DNA of 64,000 nt from an uncultured Candidatus Rokubacteria bacterium (GCA_963747235.1 CAVVEU010000004.1:64001-128000); one strand, 5' to 3'; counted from the stretch's first letter, positions 41,017 through 51,833 are shown. The notes: generated by a model from the letters alone, not told the origin. Translations and numbers: made by a program.

Positions 41017-42146
41017 TTACCGAGTCGAGACGGGGCGAAACGCCGCGTGCTCCGCGGTCCAGCGCTTCGAGCAGCTCCGGGTCGGGCGCCTGGGCGATGC
41101 CCGGCACCCGCGAGGTGGCGACCTCGCCGCGGCCGCTCAGCACGATCTCGGGCTTGCCGAGGTCGTTCGTGTAGAAGTACGAGGACGGGAAGATGTCGCC
41201 CGCGTAGGTGAAGTTGGGCAGGGTGGCCAGCTCGGCGCAGATGGCCCCGCCGATCGCGCTCTCCAGCATGCCGCCCACCCAGCAGGGGATGTCGTGCTGG
41301 GCGCACAGGGCGGCGATCTCGCGCGACTCGGTGAGCCCGCCCACCCGCGCCATCTTGATGTTCACGACCCGGCAGCTCTTCAGCCGGATGGCCGCCTGCA
41401 CGTGGGCCAGGCTCTGGGCGCTCTCGTCCAGGCAGACCGGCGTCCCGATCCGCTGCTGCAGATCCGCGTGGTTGACCAGGCTCATGCCGTCGTCGGCCAG
41501 CGGCTGCTCGATCATGGCGAGCCGGAACCGGTCGAGCTTGCGGAAGAGCTCGGTGTCGGCGGGGGTGTAGGCCGCGTTGCAGTCGATGTGAAAGGTGAAG
41601 TCGGGGAACGTCGACCGGACGGCCTCGACCATGAAGAGATCCCAGCCGGGCCGGAACTTGAGCTTGACCCGCGGGAAGCCCGGCGTCGATGGCCCCCTGG
41701 ATCTTCTTCATCAGGTCGTCGAGCGAGTCCTGGATCCCGAAGTCGGCGCCCACCGCCACGCGGTCCGCGGTCCCCCCGAGCGCGCGATGCAGCGGCAGGC
41801 CGCGCCGCTTGGCGTCCAGCACCCACCAGGCGATGTCCAGCGCGGCCCGCGCGAACTGGTTGCCCTTGATGAAGGCCAGCCGGTCGAGCAGGTCCCGGGC
41901 GGTCTCGATGTCCTGGCCGATGATGCGCGGGACCATGTGCTCGCGCAGGGTGTGGAAGACGGCGAGGGTGTGCTCGGCGGAGTAGCCCGGGATGAACGGC
42001 GGGCAGCTCTCGCCCCAGGCCTCGTGGCCGCCGCCCTCCATGCGCACCAGGATGGTGTCGGTGAAGGACTGGTCGGCGTAGGACGTCTTCCACACGAAGG
42101 CCAGCGGGAGCTTCATCCAGTAGACGTCGATCGCGTCGATCTTCAT
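41017..42146 (-). CDS. menC: o-succinylbenzoate synthase / N-succinylamino acid racemase (enolase superfamily); frameshifted
   Basis: KLK, IDCNAAY, IEQPL, CLDES, NIK.ARVGG, WVGGMLES. Confidence 0.8.
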
Positions 42147-42156
42147 GCCGCCCTCC

Positions 42157-42924
42157 TCAGCGCGCCCGGGCCACGATGAAGAGGCGCCGAAATGGAAACA
42201 GCGTGCGCCCGTCCGCCCGCGGAGGGTAGGCGCGGGCCACCAGCTGAGCGTAATGCGCCTCGAAGCGGCTTCGCTCCGGCTCCTCGAGCGCGTCGAGCAG
42301 CGGCTTGAGCCACGTGCCCTTGGTCCACTCCTTGACCGGATCGGCGCCCTCGAGGATCTGGAGGTACTCCGTCTCCCAGATGTCGAGGTTCGCGGCGCGG
42401 GGCGCGAGGGCGTCATAGTAGAAGTCGGGATCGGCCACCGGCGCCGGCCGGAGCAGGGGCTCGAGCGTCGCGCGCCACGCCCCGCCGCGCGCGGCCTCCG
42501 AGATCAGCGTGTGCGACGGCGCCCCGAAGTTGCGCGGCATCTGGACGGCCAGCACCCCCGCGGGCGCCAGGGCCGCGAGCAGCGCGGGGAACAGCCGCTC
42601 GTGGCCGGTGAGCCAGTGGAGCGCGGCGTTCGAGTAGATGAGATCGGCCGGCCGCGCCGGCGCCCAGGTGGCCAGGTCCGCCTGCTGCCAGGTGATCGCG
42701 GGAGCGGTGGCGGCGGCCTTGGCCAGCATGGCCGGCGAGTCGTCCACGCCGGTGACGCGCGCGTCGGGCCAGCGCTCCTTGATGAGACGCGTGACATTGC
42801 CCGCGCCGGCGCCCAGGTCGTAGACCTCGTCCGGGCGCTCCAGGGCGACGCGGTTCAGCAGGTCGATCGCCGGCCGCAGCCGGTGGTCGGCGAACTTCAG
42901 GTACTGCGCCGGATCCCAGGCCAT
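42157..42924 (-). CDS. tam: Trans-aconitate 2-methyltransferase
   Basis: WDPAQYLKF..R.RPA.DLL, SNAALHW, LAVQMP.N, FPFRRLFIVA. Confidence 0.9.
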   Translation of the reverse strand: MAWDPAQYLKFADHRLRPAIDLLNRVALERPDEVYDLGAGAGNVTRLIKERWPDARVTGVDDSPAMLAKAAATAPAITWQQADLATWAPARPADLIYSNAALHWLTGHERLFPALLAALAPAGVLAVQMPRNFGAPSHTLISEAARGGAWRATLEPLLRPAPVADPDFYYDALAPRAANLDIWETEYLQILEGADPVKEWTKGTWLKPLLDALEEPERSRFEAHYAQLVARAYPPRADGRTLFPFRRLFIVARAR

Positions 42925-42925
42925 G

Positions 42926-43312
42926 TCAGCGGGTCGGGGCGGGCGGCGGGGGCGGAGGCGGCGGCGGCCCGGCCGGGGGCAGCGGGATGCGCGCGGGCGC
43001 GGTGCCCGGCGCGGCGGCGGGCGGGTCGCCGCAGCGGAACACCTCGGCGTAGATCACGGAGAGGTCCTCGGTGCCGCCGAAGGCCATGACCGCGGTGTTG
43101 CCGCCCATCTTCACGATCTTGCGCCGCAGGTCCTTGACGGAATCGTCGCGCACGGGGCCGATGCGCGAGCAGCCCTGGGTCAAGCCGGGCTCGGTGGTGA
43201 GCCGCACCCGCGCCATCGCGATCTTCTCCGCGTCCTGGGCGTCCGCCGGTCCCGCCAGCGCCGTGGTCATCAGCAGCAGCGCTCCCGCCACGCCCGTCGC
43301 CTGCCTGTTCAT
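42926..43312 (-). CDS. Secreted hypothetical protein with Pro-rich tail
   Basis: Signal peptide, GCSRIG...GGNTAV...AEVFRC. Confidence 0.65.
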   Translation of the reverse strand: MNRQATGVAGALLLMTTALAGPADAQDAEKIAMARVRLTTEPGLTQGCSRIGPVRDDSVKDLRRKIVKMGGNTAVMAFGGTEDLSVIYAEVFRCGDPPAAAPGTAPARIPLPPAGPPPPPPPPPAPTR

Positions 43313-43349
43313 GGCCGTCTCCCGGTTCCTGCTATATGCTGTGTTCGCC

Positions 43350-44684
43350 ATGATACTTCGGATGCTCCTGGTCGCGGTGTCAGTCCTCATGGCCGGCCCC
43401 GCGGCCGCTCAGCAGCCGGTGCAGACGCCCCTGCTGCTCATGATCTCGATCGACGGGCTCCGGCCCGACTACGTGACCGCCGCCGACGCGCACGGCGCGA
43501 AGATCCCGAACCTGCGCCGCTTCCTGAAAGAGGGCGCCTTCGCCCAGGGCGTGGTGGGCGTGATCCCCACCGTCACGTATCCGAGCCACACGACGCTCAT
43601 CACCGGCGTGTCGCCGGCCACCCACGGGATCTTCGCCAATCTCACGTTCGACCCGCTGCGCGAGAACCAGCAGGGCTGGTACTGGTACAGCGAGGACATC
43701 CGGGTGGCCACCCTCTGGGACGCGGCGGCCCGCGCCGGGCTCAGCACCGCCAGCGTGCAGTGGCCGGTCAGCGTGGGCGCGCGCGTGACCTGGAACATTC
43801 CCGAGTTCTGGCGGTCGGGCGCGCCCGACGACGCCAAGCTGCTGCGGGCGGTGTCCACGCCGGGCCTGCTCGCCGAGCTCGAGCCGGAGCTGGGTCCCTA
43901 TCCGCGCGCGCTCACCGTGGAGTCGGACGAGCAGCGCGCGCGGTACGCGGCGCGCATCCTCGAGAAGAAGCGGCCGAATCTCATGACGCTCCACCTCATC
44001 GCGCTCGATCACGTGCAGCACGTCACGGGGCCGTTCACCGCCGAGACCATGGCGGTGCTCGAGCGCCTCGACACCCTCGTGGGCACGCTGCGCACCACCG
44101 CGGAGACGGTGGCGCCGGGGGGCGCCCACGTCGCCATCGTGTCGGACCACGGCTTCGGCAAGACCGCGATGGAGCTCAACCTGTACGCCGAGCTCCGCCG
44201 CGCGGGGCTGGTCACGGTGAGCGGCGGCAAGGTCACCGACTGGAAGGCGATGCCGTGGACGGCCGGCGGCGCGATCGCGGTGGTGCTGAAAGACCCGGGT
44301 GACGCGGCCACCCTGGCGACGGTGCGCGCCCTGCTCGACCGCCTGGCCGCCGACCCCGCTCACGGGATCGACCGCGTGCTGGACGCGGCCGCGCTCCGCG
44401 CCCGGGGCGGATTCCCCACCGCCGCGTTCCTCGTCGGGCTCAAGCCGGACTGGCACGCGGGCTCGAGCCTGACCGGCCCGCTGGTGGGCAAGGCGGCGAT
44501 GGCGGGCACGCACGGCCATCTGCCGGACCTGCCCGACCTGCACGCGTCCTTCTTCGTGGTCGGGCCCGGCGTGCCGGCCGGCCGGGCGCTCGGCCTCATC
44601 GACATGCGTGACATCGCGACGACGCTCGCCCGCCGTCTCAACCTCTCGCTGCCCGCCGCCGAGGGCAAGGAGCTCTGGCCGTGA
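43350..44684 (+). CDS. Nucleotide pyrophosphatase/phosphodiesterase (alkaline phosphatase superfamily)
   Basis: ISIDGLR, PTVTYPSH, LDHVQH, VSDHG, GTHG. Confidence 0.92.
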   Translation: MILRMLLVAVSVLMAGPAAAQQPVQTPLLLMISIDGLRPDYVTAADAHGAKIPNLRRFLKEGAFAQGVVGVIPTVTYPSHTTLITGVSPATHGIFANLTFDPLRENQQGWYWYSEDIRVATLWDAAARAGLSTASVQWPVSVGARVTWNIPEFWRSGAPDDAKLLRAVSTPGLLAELEPELGPYPRALTVESDEQRARYAARILEKKRPNLMTLHLIALDHVQHVTGPFTAETMAVLERLDTLVGTLRTTAETVAPGGAHVAIVSDHGFGKTAMELNLYAELRRAGLVTVSGGKVTDWKAMPWTAGGAIAVVLKDPGDAATLATVRALLDRLAADPAHGIDRVLDAAALRARGGFPTAAFLVGLKPDWHAGSSLTGPLVGKAAMAGTHGHLPDLPDLHASFFVVGPGVPAGRALGLIDMRDIATTLARRLNLSLPAAEGKELWP

Positions 44685-44735
44685 TCCCCGAGTCGGCCGG
44701 GTTCGTCCCCTCGATGTGAGGGGAGACGCGCCCCT

Positions 44736-45040
44736 CTACCGGGCGCGCCAGTACCCCTCCACCCACACGAACGCGCCCTCGCGCGGCATCCAGCCGCCCG
44801 GCACCCACACGAGCCCCGGGGAGGGCGGCACGTCCCAGCGCCCCGGCACCCACACGTAGCGCTCGTGATGCCACGACCACTGGCCGGGCACCCAGACGTG
44901 CGCGCGCGTGGGCGCCACCGGCGCGATCTCGGCCCGCCGCGGCGGCTGCGGCGGCGGGCGCTTGACCACGCCGGGCTGGGTGGCCGCGCAGCCCGCCAGG
45001 AGCAGCGCGACGACCGCGGCCGCTAGTGCCCGGATGACGA
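44736..45040 (-). CDS. YXWGXW-repeat lipoprotein; start uncertain
   Basis: LLLAGC lipobox; repeated WVPGxW. Confidence 0.8.
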
Positions 45041-45060
45041 CGGCGCGCTCTCCCGCGCGG

Positions 45061-45477
45061 CTAGCGGCTCGGGGCGGTCGGCCGCCCGACGATCCGCGTG
45101 GTGGAGACTTCCGTCCACGTGTAGTACCACCCCTCGTAGATCATGATCTGCAGCGAGCTGTCCTGCTTCTCGTAGACCTGGGTCGTGCCCTTGGAGGACG
45201 ACGTGGTGGAGGAGACGTGGCGCCAGCCGTTGGCCTCGAGCGAGGCCCGGTAGGCGAGCGCGAGGCTCTCCGGCCTGATCCGGCTCTTGTAGAAGAGGCG
45301 GGCCGCCTTCACGGTCGGCGACTCGATGATGGTGGTCCGGCTCTGGTCCAGGGTGAGGCCGGCGGGAACCGGAACGTCCTCGAACTCGCTGCGCTGCCGC
45401 GCCGGTCCGGACGAGGAGGCGCACGACGCCAGGGTGAGCCCGAGCGTGCACACGATGAGGACACGTGACATTGACAT
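45061..45477 (-). CDS. Hypothetical lipoprotein
   Basis: LTLASC lipobox, FEDVPVP, LEANGW. Confidence 0.75.
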   Translation of the reverse strand: MSMSRVLIVCTLGLTLASCASSSGPARQRSEFEDVPVPAGLTLDQSRTTIIESPTVKAARLFYKSRIRPESLALAYRASLEANGWRHVSSTTSSSKGTTQVYEKQDSSLQIMIYEGWYYTWTEVSTTRIVGRPTAPSR

Positions 45478-45561
45478 GGAGGTGACCTCCCATTGGGGCC
45501 GCGAGTAGTGTGGCATCCCCATTCTATGCACGAGCGGCCGGACTTTTGTAGTATGGGCTCG

Positions 45562-46789
45562 ATGACGCGCCGCGGTCTCCTGGCCCTCGTCCTTCTCGGC
45601 GCGGCCGCGCTCGTCCCGGGCGGCTGCGGCGGCGACAAGCCCCAATCCATCAAGGTGGTCATCGCGGAGTACAGCCGCGACCACACCCGCGCGTTCTGGC
45701 AGGCCCTGGCCGAGCAGTACACCAAGCAGACCGGCGTCAAGGTGGACCTGCAGGTGATCGACTGGAACTCCATCGATCAGCAGGTCAGCACCATGATCCA
45801 GAACAACCAGCCGCCCGACGTGCTCAACCTGAACTCGTTCTCGAGCTACGCCAAGGACGGCCTCCTCTACACGGGCGACGAGGCCCTGTCGCCGAAGACG
45901 CGGGACGATTTCCTCGAGGCCTTCGCGCGGGGCGGCACCTATCGCGACAAGCTCTACGGCTTCCCGATCCTGGCCAGCGCGCGCGCCTTCTTCTACAACC
46001 GCGACCTGCTCGCCCGAGCCGGGAGTGGCCGCGCCGCCGCGCACGTGGGACGAGTTCGTGCAGGCCGCGAAGCGGGTGCAGGCGCTGGGGGGCGGGACCA
46101 TCGGCTACGCGCTGCCGCTCGGGCCCGAGGAGGCGCAGGCCGAGTGGTCCATCTGGATGTGGAACAACGGCGGCGACTGGAAGGCCGGCGAGACGTGGGC
46201 CATCAACAGCGAGAAGAACGTGCAGACGCTCCAGTTCCTCGCCGCGCTCGCCAATACCCACAAGGTCACCCAGATCAACCCGGGCAAGACCAACCGCACC
46301 GACGGCGCGTTCCAGCTCTTCAAGGACGGCAAGGTCGGCATGGTGATGGGCTTCAGCCCGCTCGCCGCGCAGCTGGACGTCGAGAAGAAGGTGAGCTACG
46401 GCGTCACCCAGATGCCGACCAACGTGGGGGCGCCGGTGACGCTCGGGGTCGAGGACTACCTCATGGCCTTCAAGAAGAAGGGCAACCAGGAGGCGGTGCG
46501 CCAGTTCCTCGACCTCTACTACCAGCCCGAGCAGATCACCCGCTGGATCACCGCGGAGGGCTTCCTGCCCGTGACCAAGTCGGGCCGCGAGCGCATGAGC
46601 GGCAACGAGAAGCTCAAGCCGTACCTCGACGCGCTGCCGAGCGCGCGCCTGGCGCCCACCACCGATCCCACCTGGGACAAGGTGAAGCTCGACGTCCAGC
46701 AGAGCATCGGGGCGGCCGTCCAGCCGGGCGGCGACCCGAAGCAGGTCCTCGACCGCCTCCAGAAGAACGCGGCGGAGAGCGCTCGCTGA
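45562..46789 (+). CDS. Carbohydrate ABC substrate-binding lipoprotein; frameshift near 46022
   Basis: PPDVL, LYGFP, FYNRDLL, PRTWDE, FKDGKVGM. Confidence 0.9.
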
Positions 46790-47679
46790 CGGGCTCGCGC
46801 CCACGGGGCCCGGGCGCGGGCCGGGCGCTCCTGTGGCTCGGCCCGAGCCTCCTCCTGATCGCGGGGGTGGTGATCTACCCCGCGGTCGAGCTGGTCCGCG
46901 CCTCCCTCGGCCGCTACTCGATCACCGGCCTCTACCAGGGCGCGGTGGGCCTGCGCAACTACACGCGCCTGCTCGAGCAGGAGGCGCTGCCGGCGGTGGC
47001 CGCGAACACCGTGGTCTGGGTCGCGATGGTGGTGGCGATCACGATCGCGCTCTCGCTCGGGCTGGCCCAGCTCCTGAACGAATCCTTCCCGGGCCGCCGG
47101 CTGGTGCGGTGGGCGCTCATCGTGCCGTGGGCCGCCTCGCTCATCATGACCTCGAAGCTCTTCGTGTGGCTCTACGACTACTACTTCGGCCTGCTCAACC
47201 GCGTGACCGGCGCGGCGGGCCTGGCGCCGCTCGACTGGCTCGGCGACGACCGCACCGTGATGGGCGCGATGATCGCGGTGGGCGTGTTCGTGTCGCTGCC
47301 GTTCACGACCTACGTCCTGCTCGCGGGGCTCCAGACCATTCCGGGCGAGGTCTACGAGGCGGCGCGGGTGGACGGGGCGGCGGGCTGGCGCAGCTACCGG
47401 CTGATCACGCTGCCCCTGCTGCGGCCCGCGCTGCTGGTGGCCGCGGTGCTGAACCTGATCTACGTGTTCAACTCCTTCCCGATCGTGTGGACGCTCAACG
47501 ACCGTAACCCCGGCTTCGCCCACGACACCATGATCACGTTCATGTACAAGATCGCGTTCAAGAGCGCGCTGCGCGACGTGGGCCTGGCCGCCGCGCTCGG
47601 CGTGGTCAACGTGCTGCTGATCCTGGTCGCGGTCGTCGCCTACCTGCGGGTGGCGCGGTGGCGGGAGGAGCCGGTCTGA
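46786..47679 (+). CDS. Carbohydrate ABC permease (MalF-like)
   Basis: VGLRNY, LAGLQTIP.EVYEAARVDGA. Confidence 0.9.
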   Translation: MTGSRPRGPGAGRALLWLGPSLLLIAGVVIYPAVELVRASLGRYSITGLYQGAVGLRNYTRLLEQEALPAVAANTVVWVAMVVAITIALSLGLAQLLNESFPGRRLVRWALIVPWAASLIMTSKLFVWLYDYYFGLLNRVTGAAGLAPLDWLGDDRTVMGAMIAVGVFVSLPFTTYVLLAGLQTIPGEVYEAARVDGAAGWRSYRLITLPLLRPALLVAAVLNLIYVFNSFPIVWTLNDRNPGFAHDTMITFMYKIAFKSALRDVGLAAALGVVNVLLILVAVVAYLRVARWREEPV

Positions 47680-48491
47680 GCCGCCGGCTCGCCCTGAGCG
47701 CGGCGGGGTGGCTGCTCGCCGCGGCGCTGCTGGCGCCCTACGCGGTGATGCTGCTCACCGCGCTCAAGCCGGAGGCCGAGCTGCGCGTCAGCCCGCCGCG
47801 CCTGCTGCCGCTCGAGTGGCGGCCGCAGAACTTCTGGACGGTGCTGCGCGACCCGGAGTTCCAGTCCTGGCTCACCGTCTCGCTGGTGGTGGCCGTCGTG
47901 TCCACGCTGCTGGTGCTGGTGGCCGCGGTGCCCGCCGCGTACCACACCGCGCGCCACCGCTTCCCGGGCCGCGCCGCCTTCCTGTTCCTGGTCCTGGTGA
48001 CCCAGATGTTCGCGCCCACCGCCCTGGTCGTCGGCCTCTACCGCGAGTTCTTCGACCTCGGCCTGATCAACACCTACGCCGCGCTCATCGCGGTCAACGC
48101 GGCCTTCAACCTGGCCTTCGCGATCTGGATCCTCCGCGCCTTCTTCGCCTCCATCCCCCGCGAGATCGAGGAAGCCGCCGCCGTCGACGGCTGCGGAGCC
48201 GCGGGCACCCTCTTCCGCATCATCCTCCCGGTGGCGACGCCCGGCATCGTGACCGCGGCCATCTTCGCCTTCATCGCCGCCTGGAACGAATACATCGTCG
48301 CCCTGACCCTGATGACCGACGCCTCCATGCGCCCCCTCACCGTCGGCATCACCTCCTACGTCACCGCCTACGTCCAGCACTGGGACCTGCTCTTCGCGGC
48401 CTCGACGATCGCCATCGTCCCAGTCGTCATCCTCTTCGCCCTGATCGAGCCCTACCTGGTCGGCGGCCTGACCGCCGGAAGCGTGAAGTAG
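47658..48491 (+). CDS. Carbohydrate ABC permease (MalG-like)
   Basis: IPREIEEAAAVDG, AWNEY, GLTAGSVK. Confidence 0.92.
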   Translation: MAGGAGLSRRLALSAAGWLLAAALLAPYAVMLLTALKPEAELRVSPPRLLPLEWRPQNFWTVLRDPEFQSWLTVSLVVAVVSTLLVLVAAVPAAYHTARHRFPGRAAFLFLVLVTQMFAPTALVVGLYREFFDLGLINTYAALIAVNAAFNLAFAIWILRAFFASIPREIEEAAAVDGCGAAGTLFRIILPVATPGIVTAAIFAFIAAWNEYIVALTLMTDASMRPLTVGITSYVTAYVQHWDLLFAASTIAIVPVVILFALIEPYLVGGLTAGSVK

Positions 48492-48503
48492 CCGGAACAG
48501 CGG

Positions 48504-48538
48504 CCCCTCACCCTGCCCTCTCCCCAGAGGGGAGAGGG
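48504..48538 (+). repeat. REP-like palindrome, copy 5
   Basis: CCCCTCACCCTG-CCCTCTCCCC-AGA-GGGGAGAGGG. Confidence 0.85.
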
Positions 48539-48561
48539 AGGAGTGGAAGAACCACGCGGGA

Positions 48562-48724
48562 GGCCGGACGCGGGCGGGGTGGCGGGGGGTGGGGCGGCTG
48601 ACCCGTTCCCCGCCAACGAACGCCGGAGCCGAGCCATCCCGGATTGGGAACTCCTCCCGCGAGCAGGCGAGAAAGCGGGTCGTGGTCAGAGCCCCACCCC
48701 CCGCCACCCCGCCCGGGTCCGGCC
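48562..48724. repeat. Long inverted repeat element (~41 bp arms, 80 bp spacer)
   Basis: 48562-48603 is nearly the reverse complement of 48684-48724. Confidence 0.8.
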
Positions 48725-48729
48725 GCGGC

Positions 48730-49575
48730 GCAGCCCTTGACGGCCCCCGCGGTGAGCCCGGCGACGTAGTACTTCACGAAGAACGAGTAGATGAGGGCGA
48801 CGGGGATGGAGCCCAGGAGCGCCCCGGCCATGAGCTGGCCCCAGTAGAAGGCGTCGCCTCGGATCAGCTCGCCGACCACGCCGACCGGCACGGTGCGCAC
48901 GCTCGACTTGGTGAGGAAGAGCAGTGCGTAGAGGAACTCGTTCTGCGACAGCGTGAAGGCGAAGATGCCGGCGGAGAGGAAGCCGGGCAGGCAGAGCGGC
49001 AGGATGATCCGCGTCATGGCGCGCCAGCGGCTGGCGCCGTCGATCATGGCCTGCTCTTCGAGCTCCTTCGGTACCGTCTTGAAGTAGCCCATCAGGAGCC
49101 AGGCGATGAAGGGCACGAGCAGCGTCGGATAGGTCAGCATCACGGCGGTGAGTGTGTTGCCGAGCTTCAGCCGGCCGATGAGATCGGCCATCGGCACGAA
49201 GAGCAGCGTCTGGGGGATCAGATAGGTGATGGCCACCGTGATGGCCAGCAGCGCCGAGCCGCGAAACCGCATGCGCGCCAGGGGGTAGGCGAGCATGCTC
49301 CCGAGCAGGAGCGAGATGAACGTCGCGATCATGGCCACCAGCATGGTGTTGCCGACCCACATCAGGAAGTTGGTCTCCTTGAGGAGGTCGATGTAGTGCA
49401 CCAGCGATGGGTGCTGGATCATCAGAGGGCTGGCCTTCGGGTTGTACAGCTCGGCATTGGTCTTGAGCGACGTGGCCGCCATCCAGGTGAACGGAAACAG
49501 CGCGATCACGACGAACCCCACCAGCGGCAGCCAGAGGCCGAAGAGGCGCTTGCGCCAGGTCAGCTCGCCGACCAT
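48730..49575 (-). CDS. Carbohydrate ABC permease (MalG-like); stop apparently lost
   Basis: VPKELEEQAMIDGA, GLTAGAVKG. Confidence 0.9.
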
Positions 49576-49593
49576 TCGCTCATTCTCTGGCGC

Positions 49594-50532
49594 TCAGTCC
49601 TTGCGCACGTAGAAGGTGAGGAGCACCAGCAGGAGACCCAGGACCGGCACCATGCTGAGCGCCACCGCGGAGCCGAGCCCCATCTGGCCCGCGCCCATGC
49701 TCAGGCTGTAGGCGTACGTCGCCATGAGGTGCGTGGAGTTGGCGGGCCCGCCGCCGGTGAGCACGTAGACGAGCTGGAAGTCGAAGAAGGTGATGACGAT
49801 CGAGAACGTGGTCACGATGAAGATCACGGGCAGGAGCGAGGGCAGCGTGACGTACCGGAAGCGACCCCAGGTGCCCGCGCCGTCGATGGTCGCCGACTCG
49901 TGCAGCTCGACGGGGATGGTCTGCAGCCCCGCGAGGATCGAGATGCCGAAGAAGGGCAGACCGCGCCACGTGTTGACCATGATGATGGAGATCATGGCCA
50001 TCGTCGGGTTGCCGAGCCAGGACGGCCCCGTCGTGGCCAGCCCGCTCACCACCAGCAGACGGTTGAACAGGCCCATGCCGGGGTCCAGGATCCACTGCCA
50101 GGCCACGGTGCTGAGCACCGTGGGCACGATGAACGGGAGCAGGAGCATCGCGCGCGTGGCGGCCTTCATCCGGAAGTCCTGGTTCATGACGAGCGCCATG
50201 CCGAGCCCGCCGGAGGCCTTCAGGATGGTCGCGACCCCGGTGAAGATGATCGTGTTCCGCACCGATTGCCAGAAGATCGGGTCGTTGTAGAGCTTGACGA
50301 AGTTGTCGAAGCCGACGTAGGTGGCGGCGCGGGCCACCTCCTTGTGGAAGAAGCTCAGGTACACGCCGTAGACGAACGGGTAGCCCAGGAACAGCAACAG
50401 GAACAGCACGGGTGGCGTGAGCATGAGCCAGGAAAATACGGACTCGCGCTCGAGAAACGCGGCCAGCCGGAAGGGCAGGCGGGCGGGCGCCGGTAGCGCG
50501 CCCGCCCGCGAGACCTCGAGAATCTTGCTCAT
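49594..50532 (-). CDS. Carbohydrate ABC permease (MalF-like)
   Basis: VGFDNF, LAGLQTIP.ELHESATIDGA, GGPANST. Confidence 0.92.
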   Translation of the reverse strand: MSKILEVSRAGALPAPARLPFRLAAFLERESVFSWLMLTPPVLFLLLFLGYPFVYGVYLSFFHKEVARAATYVGFDNFVKLYNDPIFWQSVRNTIIFTGVATILKASGGLGMALVMNQDFRMKAATRAMLLLPFIVPTVLSTVAWQWILDPGMGLFNRLLVVSGLATTGPSWLGNPTMAMISIIMVNTWRGLPFFGISILAGLQTIPVELHESATIDGAGTWGRFRYVTLPSLLPVIFIVTTFSIVITFFDFQLVYVLTGGGPANSTHLMATYAYSLSMGAGQMGLGSAVALSMVPVLGLLLVLLTFYVRKD

Positions 50533-50534
50533 CC

Positions 50535-51833
50535 CTACCCGTAGATGGTCTTGAGCTGCTTCACGGCCTCCGCGATGGCCGCCTTGACCGGCGTGCCCGT
50601 GCAGGCCTTGGTGAACATGTCGATCACGATCCAGCGATTGACCACTTCGCCGTGCTGGCGGTTGGCGGGCGCCGGCCAGGACGTGAGCTTGCCTGTCTCG
50701 AGCACCTTCTGGAACGGCTTGACACGCGGCTCGATGTCCCACTCGGGCACCTTGTCGAAGGCGTGCAGATACGGAGCGAAGTACATGTCGCCCGAGGCGA
50801 TCCAGGGCCGGTACTGCTTCGGGTCCATCATCCAGCGGAGGAAATCCTTGGCCGCCTGGGGGTCCTTGCTGTGGGCGAACACGCCGTGCGTCACGGGCAC
50901 GAGGGCGTGGTAGCGCTGGCCGGTGGGGCCCTTGGGATTGAGGCCGTGCTCGATCACCTTGCCCATCTCGGGCAGGTCGCGCTTGGCCGAGACCATGATG
51001 CTGTAGGCGTTGTTGGTGCACGAGATCTGGCTGGTCAGGAAGGCCTTGTTGTTGGCCGGATCCAGCCACCCGAGGCAGTCTTCGATGCACGCTTCCTTGT
51101 AGAGCCGCTTGACGTACTCCACGGCCTTCGCGGTCTCGTTGGTGTCGAGCGCCACCTTCTTGCCGTCCTTGTCCATGACCGTCACCCCGTAGGACCACAG
51201 CAGGGGGTAGAGCCAGGAGTAGTTGTCCGCGAATCCATGCCCCATGGACATGCCGAACGGATGGCCCTTGGCCTTGAGCTTGATGCCGGCTTCCAGGAAC
51301 TCGTCCCAGGTCTCGGGGAAGCTCTTGACCCCGACCTCGTCGAACCAGTCCTTCCGGTAGTTCATCAGCTGGCCGATGTTCCCGTTGGGCACGGACTTCC
51401 ACTTCCCCTTGTCCACGGACAGGCGCTTGATCTCGTCGTACCAGCCGCCCTGCTGCTTGCCCACTTCCTCGGCGATGTCGGACACGTCCACCAGGGCATC
51501 GCGATAGAGCCACTCCTGCTGCACCCAGGCCAGGTCGGCGCCGGCCTTGTTCTCGACCATGGAGACGAGCTGGGGCACCGCGCTGCCGCCCGCGGCCTGG
51601 ACCTGGTAGTCGATCTTGATGCCGGTGGCCTTTTCGTAGGCCGGCGCCATCACGTTCTGGAAGTGCACGTCGAAGTTCTTCACGTAGGAGCTCTCACGCG
51701 CGAACGTGATGGATACCGGCTTGGCCTGGGCATTGCGGGAGACCCAGGGCCCTGCGGCGACCCCGGCGGCCCCGGCGGCGGCCAGCTTCAGGAAGCTACG
51801 ACGGGTGGCCTTCGACTGTGTGGGCTGTGCCAT
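50535..51833 (-). CDS. Extracellular solute-binding protein (family 1), Tat signal
   Basis: TRRSFLK, NYRKDWF, FPETWDE. Confidence 0.9.
   Translation of the reverse strand: MAQPTQSKATRRSFLKLAAAGAAGVAAGPWVSRNAQAKPVSITFARESSYVKNFDVHFQNVMAPAYEKATGIKIDYQVQAAGGSAVPQLVSMVENKAGADLAWVQQEWLYRDALVDVSDIAEEVGKQQGGWYDEIKRLSVDKGKWKSVPNGNIGQLMNYRKDWFDEVGVKSFPETWDEFLEAGIKLKAKGHPFGMSMGHGFADNYSWLYPLLWSYGVTVMDKDGKKVALDTNETAKAVEYVKRLYKEACIEDCLGWLDPANNKAFLTSQISCTNNAYSIMVSAKRDLPEMGKVIEHGLNPKGPTGQRYHALVPVTHGVFAHSKDPQAAKDFLRWMMDPKQYRPWIASGDMYFAPYLHAFDKVPEWDIEPRVKPFQKVLETGKLTSWPAPANRQHGEVVNRWIVIDMFTKACTGTPVKAAIAEAVKQLKTIYG

Noticed and set aside
20121-48538. Palindromic repeats as a CRISPR array
   Set aside because: They are dispersed single copies with no spacers and no cas genes.
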